A DNA stretch of 63,889 bases, filler included, from Octopus bimaculoides (lineage: Eukaryota): the NCBI RefSeq assembly GCF_001194135.2. It is 3 parts of 3 records of this genome, joined end to end, with 100 filler letters (N's around TTAATTAATTAA, not from the genome) between each part and the next. Parts side by side here need not be neighbours in the genome. Positions count along the whole stretch, not along the records: positions 29,442 to 61,436 come from NC_069002.1; 2 more parts are not named here. One strand, 5' to 3'. Under the pieces are notes generated by a model that worked only from the letters and a program-made list of their open reading frames with translations, did not search any database and was not told the origin of the DNA. Positions 39,845 to 53,230 of the stretch are shown here, one piece after another (position 1 is the stretch's first letter; the number at the start of each line of letters is the position of its first letter). Both the position numbers and the translations under genes were made by a program.

Positions 39845-42087
39845 ATATATATATACATATATAATCATTCATATCATATTAAAAAATACAGAAAGCATAT
39901 TTGGTATTTTATACTTTATAAAACATACACGTGTTTCAATAAGTTAATTTTTTCTTGAAAACTATATAATCTTATCAATACACCTCATCGGTGTTTAGCA
40001 AAAATACAAAATATAATGTTAAATTGCTCAACATGTATTCCAGTCTTGCAAATTATCATCAGAGGGGTGACGGAACCCAGGTTTGAAGGTGAAAATAAAC
40101 AGATTGAAAAGTTAAGACCACACTTTATCATACAGCTATAGACAAATACAAATACTCATAAACATTCCTTTACATATTCAGTTGAGAGGAGTGAAGGAAA
40201 GTGACTACAGTAGCATCAACAGCCCCAACAATGGCAGCTCCAGCAACCATGTATGATTTTAAAAGTTTGAAATCCAAAATGTTTTCTGTATTTTATTAAA
40301 TACTATTATGTGACTAGTATTCCACACACTGGCCTATCCCATGATTTGATGCTCCTCTAGCATAACTGCCTTGGGCATTGGAGTAGAGTATGAGTCATAC
40401 TAATGAACCTAAACTGTAGGTTCAAGTATTAACAGTTCAAACTCTGTGCTGGTACACCAGCAAGTGTAGCTATAAAGACTAGTGATAGTCCGTGACACTG
40501 ATGATGGTGATGATGATATATAACGTACTGTTCTGTTATTGGTAGTCAATATAAAAAATGTCATTCATCCACCAAGAGATGAATACCATTTAATAAACTC
40601 ATGATTAAAATGTCAGCTACTATAAGTGTTTATGAAATGATACACATACACACATGTATGTATGTAGGTGATTTTTCTGAGTCAAGCCAGTTGCTAACCA
40701 AGTGGGAAGAATTTTGAGTTAAGGGAATACACAGTGTTTGCAAATAAGTGGTTGAGTTGGTGTGCTAGTTGAACTGTCGATGCATACACTCAAGCATATA
40801 TATGTAGGCGTGCATAATGTACGTATGTTTGTAAATGCATGTATATATATACATGTATGTTTGTATGTATATATATGTACATATGAGTATGTGTATAAAT
40901 AAAAACTAACCACCTGTTTTATCAGGGCTCCATGCTGGAATAATGTTGGAGAGAGAATTACGTGATATTACAAAAGTTACACATTTTCTTTTATTTTCAT
41001 TTCACATCAGCATTAATAACTTTTAAAAAAGAGCTTTATATAATTAAGACAAGGGGAATTACTCTTGATAAAGCAAAGTGGAAGTAACACATACATAAAA
41101 TTATGCTGAATATAGGAACAATTTCACAAAAAACTCAGCATGCATGAACATTGTGTGGAGTTGGGTAGTGAATTAATACAGAGAAGAAATAACTTTGTAG
41201 AAGGCCCATGCTGCTGTGTCTATGAATAAAGGATGAGCCTGTATATTTTCAGGAGAGAGAATGAGTTAGAGAGATCCGGTGATTTAAATATTTGAAAATA
41301 TTTGTTATTCTTATTTATTTTTGTTTCTTTTTGTTTTTGTTATCATTTTTGTTGTAAAAACAAGTTTATAGCAATGGGAAAAAATATAAGAAAATATATT
41401 TTGATGGCATCGGTGTGTGCACCGATATATATATTTAAAATTTATATATTATGATGGTGTAGATATTCACATTTATATTTATAAAAGAAAATGATATAAT
41501 ACAAACATATATATATCTTATTTAAAAATTTAATATTTTTTAAAAGTGAATAAATATATATATTTCAATTTTATGTTTTTTGTTATGCTGATGGTGTTTC
41601 ATACAAAATCAGAATTCCAGCACATAAAAGGCACTCACTACATTCTTGGAGGGGTTGGCATTAGGAAAGGCATCCAATGCTAGAAATCATGCCAAAACAG
41701 ACAACTGGAACATGGTGCAGCTCTCCAGCTTACCAGTCAAACCGTCCACCCCATGCCAGCATGCAAAACAAACGTTAAATGAAGATGAGGATGAACATAA
41801 CCTTAAATTTAATTAATAAAAATAAACTCTGGAATCAATATGTTTGACTAAAAATTCTCCGAGTTGGTGCCCCAGCATGGCCACAGTCAAATGACTGAAA
41901 CAAGTAAAAGACAGAAGATAAACTGCACACTAAAATAGAAAATGAAGAAAAAATTTCAAATAATGACCAACACAAGACAAATCTACTCCAAGGAAAAATA
42001 TAAAACTTTATTTCACATCTGCCAAATGGTTCATCTGTTGTCTGGATTAAAAAATATGGACGACTTGTTCCTGTTTGAATATTCATC

Positions 42088-42123
42088 TCAGACAACCTTA
42101 ATGCTGTCGTTTTGGTGTCGTAT
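42088..42123 (-). CDS. NADSYN1: NADSYN1 probable last coding exon ([11 protein letters not shown])
   Basis: Acceptor ttttcttttcaag, phase 0, TGA at 42090-42088. Gives 705 aa, close to the 706-aa human protein. The residues are not conserved, so this exon is less certain. Confidence 0.7.
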   Translation of the reverse strand: MRHQNDSIKVV

Positions 42124-45100
42124 CTTGAAAAGAAAATAACATTTAGATAATTTTAGACAGAATCAATTGACAATTTATCAAGTAATTAGCATGAAAAAAC
42201 GTCATAAGGGAAAAATTTATTAATTATTTCCTATAAATATATTTATTTATATTAAAGGCATTACTATACATAAATGCCTCATGCTAGGAGGGACTCTTAA
42301 AGTTAAAACTACCATAATAAATACATAATACTGAATGCGAGGAAATGCCAGTCCATCGCAGCTTTAGTCAAGAAACAGGAAGCAAGGGTGAAGACTATAA
42401 AACAATAATTACAATAGACGTAAATACAAAAGAAATAAAAAGAAAATAACATACCATCTTGACGGCGTCGTCAATTTTTTGGAACTGCCAGTTCCACTTG
42501 ACATTGTAGAGGAAAGGACGGAGATCAAAGCGATTGTCATCAGGAGAGTAGCTCTCAGCATGGTAGGATGGTGTCAACACCGTCATTTTGTGACGATTTA
42601 TTGAATACGAACGGAAAAAGTGTTTCACCTTGTCGGACACCTAGAAATGAGTTAGGGGAAAATAAAATTTTTTTTTAATTGGCCAAAAGACACAAATATG
42701 TAAACGGTGATGGCGACGCCAGCTGGTGACGACAGTCATGGTGATAGTGGTGATGATTATAATGATGGTGGTGCTGATGATGATGGGGACGATGACGGTG
42801 GCAGTAACATCAAACAATGAGAATGAAGTCAACAATGATGATGGAGATGTTGGATAATGATGAAAGTGATAAGAATGAAGATTGGCATGATGACAATGAT
42901 ACTGATGATGATGATGATGCTAGCAACAGAGTCCAATGGAATAAGTGCTAAGCTTAAAAAAACCTAAGTCCTGGAGTCGATCCATTCAACTAAAAGTTCT
43001 TCAAAGCAGTGCCCCAGCATGACCACAGTATACGAATTGAAATAAGTGAAAGATGAAAGATAAAGATGAGCCCAAAATGCTTTTGATGAAGTGGGTCTGC
43101 TGAATCAGGGGACAACATTGGTGTAAAAGACTACTTACTACTTCAGGAAAGCTTTCCCCAAATTCCTCACCAGACCATATCGACATCAGCTTCACAAACA
43201 TATTGTAAGGTCCACATCTCTGCTTTTTGCGAAGATTTCCAAATATTGACAGCTCCTGGTATGTCATTCCCATGTCCTCCTGGAGGAAATACAAACAGAA
43301 TGTCATTTTCATTGCTGCTGCATATGTTGTTGCTGTTGCAGTTATTATTGTTACATCACTTTGCTTTTCACCCTTTCGGGATTGATAAAATAAGTACCAG
43401 TGGAGTACTGGGGTCAATCTAATTGAAACTAATGTGTCTAGATACTTTACATGAAGATGGAGGAAAAAAAAAAAAATTAAATTAATCACAGAAAAATAAT
43501 TAAGAACCAGAATGAAAAAAAAAAAAAAAAAACAATTATTGGATGTAAGATCAAACAAAAGTGAAACAGGATGCTTGTCACTTCACCTCATCAGTTTGTG
43601 CCACTTTGCCATCTTCCAGTGGCTCTAATTCAGCCGTAGCAGGAGCATCAGCAATTCTGAAAGATAGACAAACATGTCACTAATGTATTCATGTAGCATT
43701 TTCATGTAGTGATTCATGGAATAATTCATATAATGCCTTCAATGAGTGTCTTCCTGTCGTTGTTCATGTAGTAATTTCATGTAGCAATCTTTATAGTGTA
43801 TTCATGCAATGATTTAGTGTAGCAATCTTTATAGTGTATTCATGTAGTGATTTCATGTAGCAATCTTTATAGTGTATTCATGCAGTGATCTAAACAGTGC
43901 CAGTGGAAGCACGTGGCTCAGTGGTTAGGGCATTCAGCTCATGATAGTAAAGCTGTGAGTTCAATTTCTGGTAGTGTGTTGTGACCTTGAGCAAGACACT
44001 TTATTTCACGTCGCTCCAGTCCACTCAGCTGGCAAAAATGAGTTGTACCTGTAATTCGAAAGGGGCCAGCCTTGTCACATTCTGTCTCACACTGAATCAC
44101 CTTTGGAACTATGGTAAAGGGTACATGTGTCTGTGGAGTACTCAGCCTCTTGTTGTTGGTATTGTTTGTGTTTGATGGAATACATGTTGAATGGAGTATC
44201 AATATGGAAAGAATGGTCTAACTTACTTCTTGAGAGAGAGCAGTTGGATATGAGACATATAGTATTCTACAAACTTCCTGAGATCCGTCTTATTGATTCC
44301 ACCGATGGGGTTAATGTCAGCACTGGAGCAGTCATATTTTGTCATGTAGCCACGGAGACTGGAAATGGGAAAAATGCATCATTAACGAAACTAGCAAGCG
44401 AGTAGAATTGTTAGCACGCCAAACAAAATGCTGAGCAGTATGTCACTTGTCTTTAAGTTCCAAGTGTAAATTCTTCAAATTCCACTGAGGCCAACTTAGC
44501 CTTTCATCTATTTGGAGGTTGATTAAATAATCCACCGTTGTTCTGATAAAGATGATTGAATTTGAAGAATGACATTTTAGAAGAGGGAAATTCGAAATTT
44601 ACCTTTCATCTATGTTTGCTGAACCAAGGACAAGGAGAGTTCCAGGTTTACCCCGTGCCCAGAGAGTCAGTTGGGCAAATAAATATGCTAGTACCATCCT
44701 GATCCGAGCCTGATTTCAAAAGATTGAAAAGGGTTTGTAATTAGCAGGACAAAGATAATTAAAGAAAGAAGAAATGAAATGTTTTAATGAACACTCAACA
44801 TGTTGAGTTTTCACTAAAACATTTCTTCTAACTCTGTTTCCCAGCCTATTTTCCTACAGTCTCTGCAATAAGTTTCTAAAAAAATGTATGTTCCACCATT
44901 GGTTGGAAAAACGTATATGTGTAGTGTGTTTGCTGTGGAAAAAAAAAAAAATTCCATAATTTCATGTCCCACTAAAAACAAAAAACAAAAAATTTTGGAT
45001 CCCACGCCCTACCAAAATCTTCTCAGGCCCCACCAGTGGAGCATATGGCCAACATTGGGAATCACTGGTTTACCATGTTGAATAAATAGTTAATATGATG

Positions 45101-46556
45101 AACTGATGGTCAATATGTTGAATTAATGGTGAACATGGAATAAGATGACTGGTTAGCATATTGAGTTAATGGTTACATGTTAACCATTAAAAGTGAACGG
45201 GATGAATTAATTGTTAACATGTTGAGTTCTTGGTAAATGTGAATATGATGAATGGTTAACATGTTGAATAAAATAGCCGAGTAGTTCTGAGTTCAATTCC
45301 AGAGTGCAGCACCTTAAGCAAGTGTCTTCTATGATAGCTCAGGTTGACTAACGATGACGGTGATAGTCAAACTTCAGAACAAACCAAGGAAATTACCGTA
45401 TTTTAACATGTATAAGGAACTCACTAATTTTTTGGGTTTAAAATTTGGAAAAAAAGGTTTTGTAAGGGATTATAATACTATCCATGTATTAGAAACTCCT
45501 ATATTATTTTAACCTAATTTTTGACAAAAAAAGGCCCCTTATACACGTTAAAATGCAGTATGTTTTTAGTGATCAGTCACAAGTCCTGTCTAATGTACCA
45601 ACAGCTGGAGTGAATTGAAAACCATGAAGTTAGGAAGGAAACTTCTCAACCTCACAGCCACATCTAGACCCCATTGCATTTTAAACTCTTTAACCATTTT
45701 AACAATTCTCTTATCCCTTGCCTGTTTTTTCATCCTTAACCCTTGATAGCTCTTAATTATTTTTTTATCAATTTTCATCCTTTGAAACAATTTTTGTCCC
45801 TTATATCCCCAAGGTTTAGTTTCTGTGCCTTACCTGAACATTCTGTAAGGCCTGGTTTTCCCGATAAGTCCCACCAAACTTTCTAAACTTAGGCGTGACC
45901 GACATGGTTGCTATGAACACAACCAGAATCGTGTCCACAATAGTCTGGATGCTGATTTCCAGGTGGTAACTGAAAAATACCAATATTACAAAAGACAAGA
46001 AACCAAAAATACATGACTGACAATAACAGAATATTTTCCATTAAATGGTCGAGGGGACTATCACCAGATAGACTGGTTGAATGAAGATCTCACATCAAAT
46101 GATAACAGCATATCACATATCAAGCCATCATCATCTTCATCATCATTTAATGTCCGTTTTCCATGCTGGCATGAGTTGGATGGTCTGACCAGAGCGGGAA
46201 TGGCCAGGGGCTGCACCAGGTTCCATAGCCTGGTTTTGGCTAGGTTTCAACAGCTGAATGCCCTTCCAAATGCCAGCTACTTTACAGAGTGTATAGGGTG
46301 CTATTTACATGCCCCCCCCCCCCCGCCTCACAAGTGCTTTTTAGGTGGCACCAGTGCTTTTATATATTATATATTATTGTGTCTGGGGAGAGTCATTCTG
46401 TTTTAATGCCTTATTAATTAACACACTCACTGGTTCGATTTCCACTCATTCACTTCTTTGATTTTTTTCCTAAAATTTTCATTGCTTCTTACAACCTCTT
46501 CAATATATGCTTCAACACACGAATTCACATAAAGTATCTTGCAAACTAAATACAAA

Positions 46557-46587
<31 letters not shown>

Positions 46588-49500
46588 GCTGAGACAAATT
46601 TTCTACAGCCGGATGCTCTTCCTGTCACCAACCCTTGCTTTGCAAGTTTTTAAAGCAACATAATGCTCTCCCCTACTTTGAACATGTTTGCACAGCAGAT
46701 TGTAAACTGATGAGAGAGATTTAGCTTCTAGTTTTAGCAGGTGAAGCGACCACATAGAAGTTTCCTGAATGCCTCAGGGAACCAAGCTGATTGCAATACA
46801 AGGATTAACGCCTAAAATATGTGTGTATGTTTGCATACATTTGTGTGCGTGTGTGTCTAAATGTATGTGTTTGCTTGTAGGCACTGACCTTCCAATTTGA
46901 CCCGCAAGATCTGAGGCTCTCTGTTGAGTCTCAGTTGAGCTGTTTGATGATCCCATGTAGCATGTGGTAAGCAACTGATTCGCAAGTGCTTCCGGTGTGT
47001 CTGGTATCTGGTCAGAATTCAAAATCCTCTTCAGATCTTCAATAACAGTAGCATCTGCAAAAAGAAAAAAATTGAGAGATTAGCACTTCTTTATGGAGCT
47101 TTCAATATTATATATATAGGCGCAGGAATGGCTGAGTGGTAAGTAGCTTGCTTACCAACCACATGGTTTGGGTTTAGTCCCACTGCATGGCACATTAGGC
47201 AAGTTTCTTTTACTATAGCCTCGAGGCCAACCAAAGCCTTGTGAGTGGATTTGGTAGATGGAAACTAAAAGAAGCTGTGTATGTGTGTGTGTGTTGGTAT
47301 GTTTATGTCCTCGTAACTTAGTGGTTCGGCAAAAGAGACCGATAGAATAAGTACTAGGCTTACAAAGAATAAGTCCAGGGGTTGATTTGTTCGACTAAAG
47401 GCGATGCTCCAGCATGGCCACAGTCAAATAACTGAAACAAATAAAAGAATAAAAATGTAATGTCTCCATTAATGAATTAAAAATTCGTTGGAAACAGGTG
47501 TCGTGAATTGACACATCAACCATCAGTTGTTATTTATTCATAAAAATATAAAAATATATATGTACGTATACAACAGCTTCCTTTCAGTTTCCATCTATCA
47601 AATCCACTTTTTGAGGCTTTGGTTTGTCTGCGGTCGTAGTTGAAGTCACTTTCCTCCAAGATACCAAGCAGTGGGACTAAACTCAAAACTGACTGACACA
47701 AATCAGCATAGAAGAAAGGACATTAAATCGATGATGATGTATATGTGTACGTGCCTGCGTACACCACAGTCTAATACAATGTGGCTGTCCCAGTTAAGTA
47801 GCTCTGAGGTCTTTTGTTGACAATGCTTGTGGAAAATAAATGTTGATTTTGAAAGTTGCAATACACATAAAACCCCGGACATTGTAGTTAACAATACATA
47901 CCTTTATTGACGACTGCTTCATGCACCAAACGACACATTGAGTGTACTATACAGGCCACACTCGAACTGTCTATTCCTCCACTCAGGGGCAAGAAGAATC
48001 CATTCATTCCAGAACGTCTCAGATAGTCCCAGAGCCAACAGGCTGGACCCAAGCTGGATTAGAAATCAAATGAAGATAAAAAAAAAACCCAAAAAGGTAA
48101 TAATCAGATTTCTGAAAAAGAAAGGAAATAACTGCTGGAATGTGTACCAGATTTAAAATAAGTATTGCGGCTGATTTATTTTATTAAACTTTGCAAGTAG
48201 GTACATGTTGGGAATCACTGATTATGCAAGCAAAGAAATTTCTCAGAGATTTGGTCATGAAAAGACCAGAAATCAGCAAACGGAGAAAAAGGGGCAAATG
48301 ATTTATGAGGCTCACCTTATTTCTTCTTCAGGTGTGTGATACTGCCATTCTATTGGCTCATTTGTCTTGGCAAACATGTTAGTGGAGAATGAAATAGGGA
48401 GTTGAACCTGGGGAAAGCTTTCATGGTTTGTAGCCTGTTGACAAAGCAAACAATAGAAGACAATAAAATGAAAGACAACAAATGACTCTACAGTTCTATA
48501 TTTAAGAGATGAGGAATTATAATAATAATAATAATGAAATTATTGTATACAGTGCTCAGGTGTATTACAACTTGTCAGAAGTGCGTATAAAGCATATGCA
48601 GTAATGTACAAATGTCTGGAAAGTGAACAGTGCATGAGTCAGATCCATGCTTGCGTGTGTATGGAAGGAAGAAAATCAGGTGTAGTGTTGGTGAATCTCA
48701 TGAAGCATGGAAGTTTTGAAGGATGCAGTCCTCCGACAACTAACAACTGACGCCGGCAGATTGTTCCATACTTCAGCAACTCTTAGCATGAAAAAGTGTT
48801 TCCAAAAGTCATAGGAGCTGTGCTGTTTTCTGACTTTGTAAACATGTCCACGGGTGCCACCACCTTCATCATTGAAAATATATTAAAATACAGTCATTAA
48901 AATAATTTTATAAAAGTGATAACTTAGGACTTACTGTTAAGCAGAAACTTTTAGTCTGATTCCGGTAACTGACAACATCATCCAGGTCTACTGTGGCCAC
49001 GAGAACCACCTGCAAGTAAAAAAAAACAAAACAATGATGATTGGCTAACAAATGGAGCCTAATATATAGTCACCAAAATAACAGCCAATTCTCCCTCAAA
49101 TCACACCATCTTGGGAAAGAACATGTCTTTGTGTCTACGTTTGTTCCCCAACCCTACCATCACTGCATGCCGACCGGTGTTGATGTGTTTATGTCCCCGT
49201 AACTTAGTACATCAACAAAAGAAACTCATAGAATAAGTACTGTGGGCGATTTGTTTGGCTACAATTCTTCAAATGCGGTGACTGAAAGAAAGATAAAAAA
49301 AATTAAAATAAAAAAAAATAAGAGGAAAAGAGAGAATAAGGTAATAACAAAACTTACAACATCTTTGACAGAAAACTGTGGACCCTGGACAAGGGTCTTA
49401 CCATTCATAGTAACTGAGGAACACCCATCAAAGTAGAGTCGGTCACCATCACAGCCAAGAAAATTTGAGTAGACATACACACCACCACCCTGTAAAGGAA

Positions 49501-50698
49501 GTCACAGTGCCATTTATATAGTAACCCCTGCAATATATACTAAGCTTTGAAGGTAAATGAAATCAAATGTTAAATGTATATTTATGCTGCTCCCTGGTGA
49601 AACAAATGTTTAGAAATAGCAACCATATCACCCTCAAATTCAGCATCATATGAAGAGAGACACATAGATGTGTTATGCAGGAAAAAAAAAGGATAAGCTG
49701 GTCATGGTTGGAGTGCCTTTGGTCATAGATCTGCTGAATCAGGGATGACAGCAGAATAATAACAACAATAACAATTGTATGCATGGGCAACTGCAGGAGT
49801 AGCAGCAGCAGCAGCAACAACAACAACAACAAAAACAACAAACCTTTCTTGTTGCTGACTGTATATGTTGTACTCTTATATTGGCCTTGCGTAGTTCATG
49901 GTGACTGCCACTGCTGTTCATGATAACATCAACACTGTCCTGACACAAGGAGTTGAATGGGCTGAAGAGACAGAAGACATTCAACACATCAACGAGACAA
50001 TGAGGAAGCCTAGTTATACTTTGGTCAGTCTGCTAGAAACAAGCAATCAAATCTACCTCAAATCACACATCATCATCAACATCATCATTTAACATCCGTT
50101 CTCCATGCTCGAATGGGTTGGACTGTTTGACGAGAGCTGGCAAGGGATAAGACTGCACCAGACTTCTGTGTACTTTGGCACAGTTTTTATGGCTGGATGC
50201 CCTTCCTAACACCAACAACCTTGCAGAGTGGGCCGAGTGCTTTTTACATGACACCAGTACAAACAAGGCCAGTTTTGGCATTGTTTTTACAGCTTTTACA
50301 GTCTTTTACGTGGCATCAGTACTGACATCCAACATCCCAACATCATGCTTCACCACTTCGTCCCATGTTTTCCAGGGTCTTCCTCTTCCACAGGTTCCCT
50401 CCACAATTAGAGATCAGTTATTTTGTTCTTTCCCTCTTTTTTCTTTCTCCCCTCCCTCTTTCTTTCTTTCTCCCACCCTCCCTCTTTCATTCATTCATCC
50501 ATTCATTCTTTCTTTATTCCTTCCTTTCTTTCTGTTCGACTAAAGGTGGTGCTCCAGTATGGCCACAGTCAAATGATTGAAACAAGTTAAAGAATAAAAA
50601 ACTATGCCATTTTAATCCCTAGCAATGCCGGGTATCTCTGCTAGTATTAAATGTAAAGATATAACATATATTACATAAACATATATATAATCTGTATT

Positions 50699-50779
<81 letters not shown>

Positions 50780-53191
50780 TGTGTGCATGTACATATTTAC
50801 CTCTGTGGCCCAAAAAGTTCTTCACAGGTTTCAAATCCGATGGTAATATCATCAAACTTGAGAACACAATCCCCAAACGGCACAGTTTTCTAGGAAACAA
50901 AATACACAGCAACATATTGAATCATTGTTTACACCAAGATTTACAAGTGTGGTGGTGGTGGTGGTGGTAGAAAGGATTATTATTATAAGCATCATTAAGG
51001 GGATCAGAGAGGGATGGATCACTGATTATATAACATACAAAACATCCTCTCTTACCTGGCCACAGATTTCCTGAATAAATTTCGGTAGGACATGGTCTTC
51101 ACAATGTCTAATCTTCGACCAACCCGTGAACCATCGCATCTCTCGGTAGTTCCCATCATTGCACATATTCTGCTTGGGACGAATTAAAAGTATTCGCCTG
51201 CATCACAAAAAGAGAAAGCAAAGAATTCAGTAGACATTGAAAACACATAAAACACACACACTTCAACATTGAACGAATTAAAATAAGAAAAGCTCATTAT
51301 TGTGGAGACTGGCACAATCAATTGGTCATCTCTACTCATCTTCAGGTGATCAATAATTTGCCTACTCACCTGATACGCTGAGAACTGAACACGGAGCCTT
51401 GAACACAGACTACTGGGCTTGCTGGTCTTAACCATTGGCTTACTGTCCGAACGGATCATTAGAAATTTAAATCAAAGAGTAAAGATGTACAAAATCATCA
51501 TCATCATCATCGCTGCCGCTGCCTCTGCCTCTGCTATCATCACCACCACCACTGGGGTTCAAATCTTAATCTCAAAGTGTCATTGAACCGATTTACTTTA
51601 CAGCAGGAATGTTTTCAGAGTTAAGTTTCATGGCCACTGACATGATGTAATAATAATGACTTAACTGTTGCTTTTTCATGCAAATGGCAATCTGAGCTAT
51701 TTACTGAGTAAAATAATGATAAAGCTTTTCAATTGTTCTTTTTTTTTTCTATTTTGTTTTGTTTACTTACTTGTTATAAAATATCACACGGCAATTGTAT
51801 GCAATATTGTTGTGCAGGATCGGTCTGCAAATAAATACAAACAAGGTTGTCACGGTGATAGAAGATATAAATAGATATGAAACATTAGATCAAATTACAA
51901 AATGTCAAGACAAGAAGACACAAACATATGCACACACATGCATGCATACATAAACACAAACATAAGCACACACATGTATATACGAAGGGCTTCTTTCAGT
52001 TTCCATCTACCAAATTCACTCAGATAGCTTTGGCTGGCATGGGGCTGAAGTTGAAACTAAGCAATCAGGAAGCAAACAATGTTAGCTCACAACCAAGTCA
52101 ATTCCTTTCATTGACAAGATGCGTTCTTTGTTGAATGTGAGATCAGATCTCAAAGATTTTAATCCATTTAATTAGTTGCAGGCATGCTAAGCAGTGATGA
52201 CTAAACTAACGGTGTTCAGAATTATATTTAATCCTTTAGCATTTAAACCAGTCATATCCAGCCAAATTATTCCACCTGCTAAATCTGGCCCCTCACACCT
52301 TCCCTACAATGTCATTAAAAAAATAAACCATCACATTATCTGCCGAAGCTATAAGATTATTCATGATTAACTCAAAATAATGTGAATGTCTTATATTTTA
52401 ATGTAGAGTTAAATTTAAATTTATCAGCTGGAGCTCAAAGATAAAAGTAACAATAAAGCAAAATATATAATGATCAGTAATAATAGATAAATAAATAATG
52501 GGCTTACATTCCAACATCACAAACTATTTTCTGACAGTCACTGTGGGTCATTATCTCAGACAGAACTTCCAAAGAATGCTGGAATGTATCTTCCTCCAAG
52601 AAGTGATCAGCACAGCTATACCCACTGCAATAACAGAAAAATGATATAAATGTATGTGAGTGTGTGTGTGTGTGTGTGTAGATGTAATCACACCTTGCTG
52701 TAGCACCCACCTCTGACCAAGACATAAATGAACGGGGCAACAAGGCAATGACCTATAATGGATGAAATAAGAGTCTTGCATTTCAAATGGTAACGGAATT
52801 ACTCACGTGATTTCTAGTTCTGGTCCCACCCTGTAGCTGGCACCTTTCTGTTTTGCTTGCCGTATACCTGTTGAAGGATATGAACAAAACATCATATCTG
52901 AAGTTTTTATCAGAAAAATCGAGAAAGAATGAAACAAATGAATAAGCTTGAGGTAGTGGGCCAACAAGAGAGTCACTCATAAATTATGCAAGAGTTGAGC
53001 TTGAGCAAGAGTCACTTATGAGTTAGGTTTGAGCTGAGGAAGAGCACACACACACACATATATATATATATATCATCATTATCGTTTAACGTCTGCTTTC
53101 CATGCTAGCATGGGTTGGACGATCATATATATATATACATATTTATGTATATATATGTGTATATATATGTATATATATATGTATATATATA

Positions 53192-53230
<39 letters not shown>

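Noticed and set aside
40168-40287. Extra minus-strand exon (NILDFKLLKSYMVAGAAIVGAVDATVV...) downstream of NADSYN1
   Set aside because: Needs phase 1 while exon 18 ends in phase 0; no good donor found after the stop exon; sequence looks like a decayed CAG/CAA tract. An alternative last exon cannot be fully excluded.
41835-42095. 86-aa [18 protein letters not shown]...
   Set aside because: Alternative frame in the probable NADSYN1 3' UTR, with a non-ATG start, running into a family C repeat.
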